This document shows, piece by piece, positions 1 to 7,282 of a DNA stretch of 10,188 nucleotides. A model generated the notes under the pieces. It saw nothing but the letters and a program-made list of their open reading frames with translations. It made no database searches and was not told the DNA's origin. Both the position numbers and the translations under genes were made by a program. The DNA comes from Candidatus Eiseniibacteriota bacterium (lineage in GTDB: Bacteria; Eisenbacteria; RBG-16-71-46; DASYSL01), in assembly GCA_046598045.1 (NCBI GenBank), contig JBKJJJ010000047.1, positions 1 through 10,188 on the forward strand, given 5' to 3'. Within the stretch, counting starts at the first letter, position 1. Every line of letters starts with the position of its first letter.

Positions 1-116
1 GGCCGCGTCACGCCCTCGCGCTTGAGCACGCGCGCGGCGTAGGCGACGAGACGGGCGCGGGCGCGCGCGGGAACCGGGCTATGCCCGGGATCGGTGCTCG
101 CGAGCGAGATCGGCAT
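1..116 (-). CDS. ybeY: Probable rRNA maturation endoribonuclease YbeY, N-terminal fragment (runs off the window edge)
   Basis: Not in the ORF track. ATG at 116-114 opens MPISLASTDPGHSPVPARARARLVAYAARVLKREGVTR..., which stays open to position 1. The 'L..YA..VL..EG' helix fits a YbeY N-terminus, and phoH-HD hydrolase-ybeY is a widely conserved gene order. The diagnostic HGxLHLxGYDH motif lies outside the window. Confidence 0.6.
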   Translation of the reverse strand, partial: MPISLASTDPGHSPVPARARARLVAYAARVLKREGVTR

Positions 117-2292
117 CGCGGGTCTTGCCGGGGAGTTCGGGGTACGCCACCCGCACGTGGAAGATCCCCGTGAGGACCTGCAGGAACGCCTCGCGAATGC
201 GCGCGACGTCGGCGAGCGAGAGCCCGCACTCGTCGAGCTGCCCCTCGTGCAGGCGCTGGTCGACGATCTTGTTGACCAGGCCGCGCAGGCGCGCGGGCGT
301 CGGCCCCTGCAGCGAACGCGACGCGCCCTCGATCGAGTCCGCGAGCATGACGATCGCGGTCTCCTTGGTCTGCGGCTTCGGGCCGGGATAGCGGTAGTCG
401 TGGTCCGGCGTCGTCGGGTCGAGTTCGAGCGCCTTCGCATAGAAGAACGCCATGATCGTCGTGCCATGGTGCTCCGAGATCGCGGCGTAGACCGCGGGCG
501 GCAACTTTTCCTTCTGCGCCAACTCGATGCCCTCGGTGACGTGCGATTTGATCACCAGCGCCGACATCGAGGGCGCGAGCCGCGCGTGGCGCGAGACCGC
601 GCCGACCTCGTTCTCGGTGTAGTACTCGGGCTTCGTCAGCTTGCCGATGTCGTGGTGATAGGCGCACACGCGCGCGCGCAGCGAGTTCGCGCCGATCGAC
701 TCGGCGGCGGCCTCGGCGAGCGAGCCCACGAGCAGCGAATGGTGATAGGTGCCGGGGGCCTCCATCATCAGCCGCCTCAGCAGCGGGCGATTGAGGTCCG
801 ACAGCTCGAGCAGCGTGATGTCCGACGGGATGCGGAACGCCGCCTCGACCACCGGCAGGAGGATCATCGCGAGGAACGCCGACAGCGCCGACCCGGCGAT
901 GCCCGCGAGCAGGTCGCGCACCAGCATGCGCACGGGCTCCTGCTGCCCCACGCCGAGCGCCGCGATCGCAAGCGAGACCGCGAGCGCCATGCTGAACAGC
1001 GCCGCGTAGAAGTGCCGACGCTGGCGCAATCGGCGCACCGCGTACACCGCAACGATGCCGCCGATCGCCGCCACCGGGATGAACGTGGGCCGAAACTCCG
1101 CGACCGCCGACACGGCGACCGTGAGCAGGAGCGTGAACACGACCGCGAGCCGCTTGTCGAACAGGATCGAGAGGATCAAGGGCGCGAACGCGACCGGCAC
1201 CGCATACTCGGGGAAATGGAACATGTTCGTGATCAGCGCCGCGACCCCGAACGCGACCGACGCCAGCAGCGCGCACAGGAGCAGCAGGCTGTTGTCGCGG
1301 TACACGCGCGGCTGCTCGAAGCGCAGGTAGATCGCGAACGCGGCCACGAACAGCAGCAACAGCATGACGCGCGCGAGCGACGGGTAGAACAGGTCGACCG
1401 GCCCGCGCGTCTCGGCCTGCAGCCCTTCGAGCGAGCGCAGGCGCGCGAGCGCCGTCGCCGAGATGCGCTCGCCGGCGTCGACGATGCGTTCGCTCTTCTT
1501 GACCTCGCCCACGTCGGGCACGACCGCCATGCCGGCCTGCGAGCGCCGCCAATCGGTCTCGATCGCATCGTAGATCACGTTCGGCCGCACGAATGCGTGC
1601 ACCAGCGCCGCCGTCGCCGCGGCCGACGCGCCGTCGCTGCCGAACTCGTCCTGCGCCGCGGTGCGCGCGAGGACGTCGGCCTCGCGCAGGTCGGGCAGCG
1701 AGTCGAGCGGCACGGAGACCTCGCCCTCGAGCGAGCGCACGTCGATCGCGGCCTGGCCGGTGAACGCGGGCGCCCGCTTGTCGGCGAGCACGCCCTCGGC
1801 GAACAGGTCGTCGAGCGTGCGCGCGGCCTGGGCGAGCACGCGCGGCGCGCGCGTCGGCGCCGCGAGCGTGGCATAGGTCACAGACGGGAGCGAGGCGCCG
1901 AGCTGGCGCAGCAGGGCGACACGCTCGGAGGGTTCGACGTTGCGATCGAGGATCGAGTTCGCGCTCTCCGAGAAGCTGGCGAACCGCCCCTTGACGTCGC
2001 CCGCGACGCGCGGGTCGCGCGCGGCGACCGGCGGCACGGCGCGCGCAGCCACTTCGCGCTCGCGCGCGAGGATCGCCTCGTCCTTGCGCACGTGGAAATC
2101 GAACGGCGCGACCACGCGCTCGCGCGAGATGTCGCCCACGCGGTAGGACAGCCCGGCGGGCCGCGTCTGCGGAAACGCCAGCACGCCCGACGCGACCACG
2201 ACGAACGCGAGCAGGACGCGACGCAGCCAGCGGCCCCACGGGCGCCCGGGGCGCTCGCGATCGGGCAACGGCGTCTTGCGTGAGCGTGGCAT
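79..2292 (-). CDS. Membrane-bound HD-family phosphohydrolase (7TM-HD extracellular domain + 7TM + HDIG domain), PgpH/YqfF-like putative cyclic-di-AMP phosphodiesterase
   Basis: 737 aa: N-terminal TM helix, large extracytoplasmic region, a run of hydrophobic helices, then APGTYHHS...YHHDIGK...PEYYTEN...HHGT...RYPGPKPQTKE..IVMLADSIE. Upstream purine tract AGGGAAGGAA. Directly downstream of phoH, as usual for this family. Confidence 0.92.
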   Translation of the reverse strand: MPRSRKTPLPDRERPGRPWGRWLRRVLLAFVVVASGVLAFPQTRPAGLSYRVGDISRERVVAPFDFHVRKDEAILAREREVAARAVPPVAARDPRVAGDVKGRFASFSESANSILDRNVEPSERVALLRQLGASLPSVTYATLAAPTRAPRVLAQAARTLDDLFAEGVLADKRAPAFTGQAAIDVRSLEGEVSVPLDSLPDLREADVLARTAAQDEFGSDGASAAATAALVHAFVRPNVIYDAIETDWRRSQAGMAVVPDVGEVKKSERIVDAGERISATALARLRSLEGLQAETRGPVDLFYPSLARVMLLLLFVAAFAIYLRFEQPRVYRDNSLLLLCALLASVAFGVAALITNMFHFPEYAVPVAFAPLILSILFDKRLAVVFTLLLTVAVSAVAEFRPTFIPVAAIGGIVAVYAVRRLRQRRHFYAALFSMALAVSLAIAALGVGQQEPVRMLVRDLLAGIAGSALSAFLAMILLPVVEAAFRIPSDITLLELSDLNRPLLRRLMMEAPGTYHHSLLVGSLAEAAAESIGANSLRARVCAYHHDIGKLTKPEYYTENEVGAVSRHARLAPSMSALVIKSHVTEGIELAQKEKLPPAVYAAISEHHGTTIMAFFYAKALELDPTTPDHDYRYPGPKPQTKETAIVMLADSIEGASRSLQGPTPARLRGLVNKIVDQRLHEGQLDECGLSLADVARIREAFLQVLTGIFHVRVAYPELPGKTRDADLAREHRSRA

Positions 2293-2347
2293 GGCGGGAG
2301 TTCCTTCCCTGGAGAATGGGCACGCCCGTCCGGGGCGCGCCGGACGC

Positions 2348-3427
2348 CTAGGCGCCCGGGCGACCCGTGGACGCGTCGTCCGATCGGGAAGCGTGCGGCT
2401 CCGCGCTTCCGTCGTCGGGATTCGTCTGGGTGCGGTGGAACTCGTCGAACGCCTGCAGGATATCGCGCACCAGCCGGTGGCGGACCACGTCGGCCTTTTC
2501 GAAGTAGATGAACTTGATCTCGCTCACGCCCGCCAGGATCTCCTGGACCTTGACCAGGCCGGAGGCCGCGGGATTCGGGAGGTCGATCTGCGTGACGTCG
2601 CCGGTGATCGCGACGCGCGTGCCCTGGCCCATGCGGGTGAGGAACATCTTCATCTGGCGCACGGTCGTGTTCTGCGCCTCGTCGAGGATCACGAACGCGT
2701 TCGTGAGCGTGCGCCCGCGCATGAACGCGAGCGGCGCGATCTCGATCACGCCGAGTTCGAGGAAGCGGCGAATCTTCTCGAACGGCATGAGGTCCTGAAG
2801 CGCGTCGTAGAGCGGGCGCAGGTAGGGATCGACCTTCTCCTGCATGTCGCCCGGGAGGAAGCCCAGGCTCTCGCCCGCCTCGACCGCCGGCCGCACCAGC
2901 ACGATGCGCTCGACCCTCTTCTGGCGCAGCGCGTGCACCGCCGCGGCCACCGCGAGGTAGGTCTTGCCCGTGCCGGCGGGTCCGATCGCGAACACCACCT
3001 CGTGCGCCTCGAGCGCCTTGAGGTAGCGCACCTGGTTCGCGGTCTTCGGATGGAGGGTCTTGCGCTCGAAGACGTACGTCAGGTCGTCCCCGGGCGCGAG
3101 CTCGCTCATGCCGCTTTCGCCTTGGCCATTGCCGTTGCCGGCGGCCCGTGCCGCGTTGCCATTGCCCGCCGCGTGCCCGAGCGCGCGCGCGACGTCGGTC
3201 TCCTCGACCAGGCGACCGCGCTCGGCGAGGCCCACCAGCTCCTTCAGCGCACGCGCGGCGTCGTCCACCGGCGTCTCATCGCCCGCGACCGACAGCGTCG
3301 AATCGCGCAGCGTGATGCGCACCGGCACCGAGTGCTCGATCAGGCGCAGGTTGGTATCGTTCTGCCCGAGGAGATGCAGCGCATCGATGTGCTCGATTCC
3401 AATCTTGCGCACGAAGATCCGTCCCAT
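2348..3427 (-). CDS. phoH: PhoH-like ATPase (PhoH/YbeZ family)
   Basis: Motifs [24 protein letters not shown] (Walker A), [58 protein letters not shown]. Start moved from 3496 to the ATG at 3427, which follows AGGGGG; 359 aa. Confidence 0.96.
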   Translation of the reverse strand: MGRIFVRKIGIEHIDALHLLGQNDTNLRLIEHSVPVRITLRDSTLSVAGDETPVDDAARALKELVGLAERGRLVEETDVARALGHAAGNGNAARAAGNGNGQGESGMSELAPGDDLTYVFERKTLHPKTANQVRYLKALEAHEVVFAIGPAGTGKTYLAVAAAVHALRQKRVERIVLVRPAVEAGESLGFLPGDMQEKVDPYLRPLYDALQDLMPFEKIRRFLELGVIEIAPLAFMRGRTLTNAFVILDEAQNTTVRQMKMFLTRMGQGTRVAITGDVTQIDLPNPAASGLVKVQEILAGVSEIKFIYFEKADVVRHRLVRDILQAFDEFHRTQTNPDDGSAEPHASRSDDASTGRPGA

Positions 3428-3434
3428 GGTCCCC

Positions 3435-3593
3435 CTAAGAACCCCCGGCCCGCCGCCCGGCCAGATTCCTGCCGGCCCGGGGGGGCGTGGCGCCAAAGCA
3501 AAAGGGCCCCTGATAGGCGGGAGCTGTCCCGACCCAGGAGCCGACGCGCGGGGCCTCGGGGGCCCCGATCTTGTACAAGTGGTTTCGCTTCAT
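3435..3593 (-). CDS. Putative 52-aa leader peptide (uORF) upstream of phoH
   Basis: ATG at 3593 gives MKRNHLYKIGAPEAPRVGSWVGTAPAYQGPFCFGATPPRAGRNLAGRRAGGS*. The TAG stop overlaps the phoH SD (TAGGGGGACCATG). The SD is weak (AGGA, 12 nt before the ATG), so translation is unproven. Confidence 0.3.
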   Translation of the reverse strand: MKRNHLYKIGAPEAPRVGSWVGTAPAYQGPFCFGATPPRAGRNLAGRRAGGS

Positions 3594-3655
3594 GCGTTTT
3601 GCGGATCCTGCAGCGCCCCCGGTCGGCGTTTGCGCCGAAGGCTCCCGGATCCACA
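3495..3655 (-). ncRNA. Candidate structured cis-regulatory leader RNA (or small RNA) upstream of phoH; family not identified
   Basis: Starts just after a good promoter. Helices: 3655-3647/3608-3600; UCGGCG-CAAA-CGCCGA at 3638-3623; an alternative 12-bp helix 3651-3640/3542-3531; GGGGCCCC (3566-3559)/GGGGCCCU (3510-3503) followed by UUUGCUUU. Confidence 0.45.
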
Positions 3656-3661
3656 GGCGGA

Positions 3662-3690
3662 ACGCTAGCACCCACCGTGCCGAGCGTCAA
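3662..3690 (-). promoter_or_regulatory. sigma70-type promoter for the phoH operon/leader
   Basis: TTGACG (3690-3685), 17-nt spacer, TAGCGT (3667-3662), preceded by TGc (extended -10). Predicted start near 3654. Confidence 0.7.
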
Positions 3691-3712
3691 GAAAGCCGCG
3701 GATTTCGGGCGT

Positions 3713-4141
3713 TCAGCCCGGTTCCAGGTCGTCCACGTCGGGGGTCCCGGTGTCGGGCTCGCCCTGGCGCAGCCGCTCGCGCGAACGCGTCGCGAGCCGC
3801 GCGTAGATCGCGCGCATGCGATCGAGCTCCGTATCGGTCAGCTCCTCAATGTCGAGCAGGGCGAGGTGCGCGCCCTCGGTCGCGCGGATCAGTTCGTCGA
3901 GCTTGAGCTGCATCGCCTCGCTGTCGCAGTTCTGCGTGTTCTGGATCAGGAACACCATGAGGAACGTGACAATCGTCGTGCCCGTGTTGATCACGAGCTG
4001 CCACGTGTCGCTGAAGTGGAAGATCGGCCCGGTCGTGATCCACACCACGATCACCATGCCCGCAAGCAGGAACGCCGCCGGCTGGCCCGAGGCCCGCGCC
4101 GTCCGGCGGGCGAAGCGCGTGAACAGCGATCTCGCGTTCAT
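3713..4141 (-). CDS. Low-affinity iron permease (Fet4-like) family small membrane protein
   Basis: 142 aa with two TM helices and the family signature GPIFHFSDTWQLVINTGTTIVTFLMVFLIQNTQN.D..A.QLKLDELIRA. SD GAGGAG before the ATG. Confidence 0.9.
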   Translation of the reverse strand: MNARSLFTRFARRTARASGQPAAFLLAGMVIVVWITTGPIFHFSDTWQLVINTGTTIVTFLMVFLIQNTQNCDSEAMQLKLDELIRATEGAHLALLDIEELTDTELDRMRAIYARLATRSRERLRQGEPDTGTPDVDDLEPG

Positions 4142-4231
4142 GGAGTCTCCTCGGTTCGAGTGGGGCGGGCGCGGCCGTCGATCGCGCCCATCCCGCAGAC
4201 CGCGAGCGCGAGCGCGCTGCGCTTGTACAGC

Positions 4232-4281
4232 AAACCGCCCCGGCGGGTCGCCCTGAAAGGGTCGACGGGCGCCGGGGCGGT
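4232..4281 (-). terminator. Probable intrinsic terminator hairpin after pckA
   Basis: 12-bp perfect arms ACCGCCCCGGCG (4234-4245)/CGCCGGGGCGGT (4270-4281), with an inner GTCG-CCCT/AGGG-T-CGAC stem. Only a short U-run (TTTGCTGT) follows on the minus strand; starts 25 nt after the stop. Confidence 0.6.
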
Positions 4282-4306
4282 GGTCATCGGGACGGCCCGA
4301 AGCGGG

Positions 4307-6022
4307 TCAGACCGCCTGGACGATCGCGGGGTCGATCCCCTGGAAACCCTCGAGATACGCGCGGCGCTCCTCGCGCAGGCGCTTCACCCAGTCCTGGTAC
4401 TCCGCCAGGCGCCCCTGCGTCTCGTAGAGCTTCCGCGGCTGGAGGATCTCGTCGGGCACGCCCGCGATGCGCATCGCCACTTCGTAGCCGAAGTCCTCGT
4501 CGCTGGTCCACTCGATCGTCCCGTCGGCGAGCGCCTGCAGGATCGCGCTCGAGTGGCGGATCTTGACCTTGAGCGCGCGCCCGGCCTTCTCGTCGGCGTC
4601 GTCGCCGCCCACCCAACCGGTGTTCATCATGAAGTTGAAGACGGCCGGCATGGTCCGCGCGAGCTCCATGTAGCGGTTCGCCATCTGCTCGTTGCGCAGC
4701 GGGAAGAACGGGTTCGTGAACGGCGAGCGCTTCGCCTTGCCCGCGTCCGCGCCCGAGGCCGCAGTGCCCATCGTCTCGCCGAGCATGAAGTACGCCGCGG
4801 CCTGCGCCGCATTGCGGAAACGCACCACGCCCGGGATGATGTTCGTGTTGCGGTTGAGCACGCCGATCGCCGCCGTCGCCGGCAGGTTGAGCGAGTCGCC
4901 GGCGGTCTCGATGTCCGACATCGGGATGATCACGCGGCTGTTCTTCGACCACGTGTACGCCGCCTCGCCCGCCTCGTACTTCGAGACCTCGTCCAACGGC
5001 ACGCCCGACTGGACGAGCACGTCGTGCAAAGGCTTCGCCTCCTCGGGCGTGAGCGCAGCCTTGTGGAAGTCCATCACGCCCTTCGTGTCCTGGTAGACGT
5101 TCTCGAGCCAGGCATTGGGGGCCATCGCGCCGCGGTAGATGATCGGCTCGGAGTCCTCGTTCAGCCCGTAGGCGATCGCAAAGCAGCCGTTCTCGGTGGC
5201 ATAGGCGTGGCCGCCGGGGAACAGCATCACCATGTCATCCTGGATCGAATGGCTGAAGCCCACTTCGGCGTTGCCCTGCGGGCTGAAGGTCGAGGTCGTC
5301 TTGCCGGTGCCCGATTCGCCCATGATCACGATCAGCTTCTGCGCGACCTGCCCGTCCGCGCCCTTGACCGGCGTGAGCTTGGCGCCCGCGTGCAGCACCA
5401 TGCCGCCATCGCGAAAGACCTTGGCGTTGAGCATCCGCAGCCCGCCCTTCTTCGATTCGCCGAAGTAGTCCGAGCCCAGGATGCGGGTCACGTAGCGGTC
5501 GATGTCGACCAGGATGACGCGGTTCTTGTCCTGCCCCTCGGCGGGGCAGCCGGGCGTGTAGATGACCTGGAACTCCGGCTCCCAGCTTGCCAGCTCGGCC
5601 GGATCCGGCGGGAAGTACAGGATCTGCTGCATGGCCGCGACGTTCGCGCCCTCGAGCGTCATCCACAGCGTCGTCTTGACGCGGGTCTCGGGGTGGTTGC
5701 CCACGTAGCCGTCCACGCGCACCAGCTCGTGGGTGGCGATGTAAGCCTCCTGAGCGTCGATGTACTTCTGGGCGTCCGCCGGCGGCATCGTCTTGCAGGT
5801 GTGCTTGCCGGCATCCTCGGCGAGGACGAACGTGTTCGCCGCCGAGCGCGCCTTCGCGATCGAGGCCACCTTGTTCATCGAGCCGCGCTCGGTGCGCATC
5901 ATGTTCGGCGTGTGCGCGAGCGCGAGCTTCTGGAACTCCTCCTGCGTCGGGTTCGCGTGCACCTTGAGAGCGAGCGCGCCAACGTTCGGGGCAGTGCGAA
6001 CCGCGGACTTTTCAGCCGACAT
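4307..6022 (-). CDS. pckA: Phosphoenolpyruvate carboxykinase (ATP)
   Basis: 571 aa: GSDYFGESKKGGLRM (YxGExKK), LHAGA, P-loop GESGTGKTT, IQDD (kinase-2), ENGCFA, NSR, YFMLGET, NTGWVGG. SD AAGGAG upstream. Confidence 0.92.
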   Translation of the reverse strand: MSAEKSAVRTAPNVGALALKVHANPTQEEFQKLALAHTPNMMRTERGSMNKVASIAKARSAANTFVLAEDAGKHTCKTMPPADAQKYIDAQEAYIATHELVRVDGYVGNHPETRVKTTLWMTLEGANVAAMQQILYFPPDPAELASWEPEFQVIYTPGCPAEGQDKNRVILVDIDRYVTRILGSDYFGESKKGGLRMLNAKVFRDGGMVLHAGAKLTPVKGADGQVAQKLIVIMGESGTGKTTSTFSPQGNAEVGFSHSIQDDMVMLFPGGHAYATENGCFAIAYGLNEDSEPIIYRGAMAPNAWLENVYQDTKGVMDFHKAALTPEEAKPLHDVLVQSGVPLDEVSKYEAGEAAYTWSKNSRVIIPMSDIETAGDSLNLPATAAIGVLNRNTNIIPGVVRFRNAAQAAAYFMLGETMGTAASGADAGKAKRSPFTNPFFPLRNEQMANRYMELARTMPAVFNFMMNTGWVGGDDADEKAGRALKVKIRHSSAILQALADGTIEWTSDEDFGYEVAMRIAGVPDEILQPRKLYETQGRLAEYQDWVKRLREERRAYLEGFQGIDPAIVQAV

Positions 6023-6154
6023 GAGTGGGGATCTCCTTGAAAGCGAGGGGGTCGCCGCACGGGCCTCCCGGACCCGCGCGTTTCGCCTCGAAGGCGTCGA
6101 TAAACCATTGCGGAAGGAACACTTGCGCCGCGATTTGCGCGACGGAACCCCGCC

Positions 6155-6184
6155 ATTCTACACGCCCGAACCCGCCCCCGGCAA
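6155..6184 (-). promoter_or_regulatory. Putative sigma70 promoter for pckA
   Basis: TTGCCG (6184-6179), 18-nt spacer, TAGAAT (6160-6155); about 130 nt upstream of the pckA ATG. Confidence 0.55.
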
Positions 6185-6248
6185 GTCCACCCCGTGGTGC
6201 GCCGAAGATTGGGTACGGGCGGAAAGCCGGGGTTTTTCGACCCCACTG

Positions 6249-6280
6249 CAGGATTTTCCTGACGCTGCGTCAACGACTTA
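6249..6280. promoter_or_regulatory. Overlapping palindromes plus an IHF-like core in the divergent intergenic region
   Basis: CAGGA-ttt-TCCTG (6249-6261), TGACGC-t-GCGTCA (6260-6272) and TCAA-cgac-TTA (6270-6280), which matches the TCAAnnnnTTR core of the IHF consensus. Confidence 0.3.
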
Positions 6281-6464
6281 CGGGCGCGGGCCCACTCCCT
6301 ACCCAATCTTCGCGCCACAACGGATTTGTTCCCCAACGGGCCATGGTCGGGTGGACACTAGGGTGGTCCCGCGCCAGGGTGCCCGGGGTCGCGAGACTCG
6401 CAATCGCACGGGTTCGCAGGCCCCCGACGGCGCCCCCAAACCGCGGCACAGAAAGTGGAATCCC

Positions 6465-7133
6465 GTGAACAGACTCTCGGCCGGCCGGCGTCCTCTGAGG
6501 CGCGCCGTGTGGGCCACGGTGCTCCTCGCCGGTGTCGTGTTGCTCTCTGCCCCCGCAGACTCCGCAACCCAGGACGCGAAGACTCTCGCCCCCCGCGTCC
6601 AGCCCGTCGAGTACCAGGTCCTCCAGAAGCTCAAGGACGGCCCATGGCTCGTTCCCACGCTGCGCGCTTTTCGCAGCCCGCGGGGCTGGGACGCCGCGAT
6701 GGACAACTGGTATGCGAACCACCAGGTCGTCGGACGCGAGCCCGCGCCGGCGATCGACTGGAGGAAGAATTCGGTGATCGTCCTCGCGCTCGGCGTCAGG
6801 GTCAGGCGCAGCGACATGACGGTCAAGAATTGCCACCGCCGTGGTGAGGACACGATCGTCGATCTCCACTACGAAGGCGGCGGGATCCAGTGGGACCCGC
6901 TCTACACAGCCGAGCATCCGAGCCTCGTGATCTCGGTCGCGCGCGCCGACCTCAAGGCGGTATTGCTCCAGTTCGACGCGATCATCGATGGGCTGCCCCC
7001 CGGGTTGCTGCGCACGGAAGTGGTCGATCCCCCGGGGCTCGACAAGGGGCCGAGGGCGCTGGACGCCGGGGCCGTCGTGCAGGCCTCGGACGCGGCCACG
7101 ACTTGGGGCCGCGTCAAGTCGTTCTACCGATAG
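6465..7133 (+). CDS. Secreted protein with a PrcB C-terminal-like domain and a C-terminal TTWGRVKSFYR motif
   Basis: Start reassigned to GTG 6465 within the 5760-7133 ORF (222 aa). Sec-like signal peptide: basic RRPLRR, hydrophobic AVWATVLLAGVVLLS, then A-D-S-A. The segment PAIDWRKNSVIVLALG...TVK...GEDTIVDL...HPSLVISVAR resembles the PrcB_C pattern, recognised by eye. Confidence 0.75.
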   Translation: MNRLSAGRRPLRRAVWATVLLAGVVLLSAPADSATQDAKTLAPRVQPVEYQVLQKLKDGPWLVPTLRAFRSPRGWDAAMDNWYANHQVVGREPAPAIDWRKNSVIVLALGVRVRRSDMTVKNCHRRGEDTIVDLHYEGGGIQWDPLYTAEHPSLVISVARADLKAVLLQFDAIIDGLPPGLLRTEVVDPPGLDKGPRALDAGAVVQASDAATTWGRVKSFYR

Positions 7134-7176
7134 CGCGGCCCCCGGCCGCCAGCTAGCCAGCCCTCCCCCCAGCCGG

Positions 7177-7214
7177 AAACGAAGCGGCCCCGCCCTGGGG
7201 GGCGAGGCCGTTCG
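7177..7214 (-). terminator. Hairpin terminator between convergent genes, best fit for the minus-strand pair
   Basis: Minus strand CGAA-CGGCC-T-CGCCC-CCCA-GGGCG-G-GGCCG-C-TTCG-TTT: a GC stem with a U-G wobble on this strand, followed by a pyrimidine tail. Confidence 0.6.
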
Positions 7215-7282
7215 CGCCGTCGCGGCGCGGTCCTTCTTGAGGGTTCCCGCGGCCGTACGGCTTCTGCAGCGCTGCATTGGAA

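Noticed and set aside
8..2323. 771-aa minus-strand and 729-aa plus-strand ORFs overlapping the HD hydrolase
   Set aside because: Alternative-frame and antisense shadows with low-complexity R/A/G composition. The 79-2292 frame carries all the family motifs.
4196..4222. Short CGCGAG tandem repeat
   Set aside because: Only two to three units in GC-rich intergenic DNA; expected by chance and not CRISPR-like.
2276..6040. 1254-aa plus-strand ORF
   Set aside because: It is the antisense shadow of phoH, the Fet4-like gene and pckA, which happen to share one frame (offsets 1365 and 594 nt, both multiples of 3). High-GC codon usage removes antisense stops. It is R/A/V-rich with no domain.
5760..6464. 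N-terminal 235 aa of the 457-aa plus-strand ORF
   Set aside because: It overlaps pckA antisense and its promoter. A signal peptide begins only at GTG 6465, which is the more plausible start.
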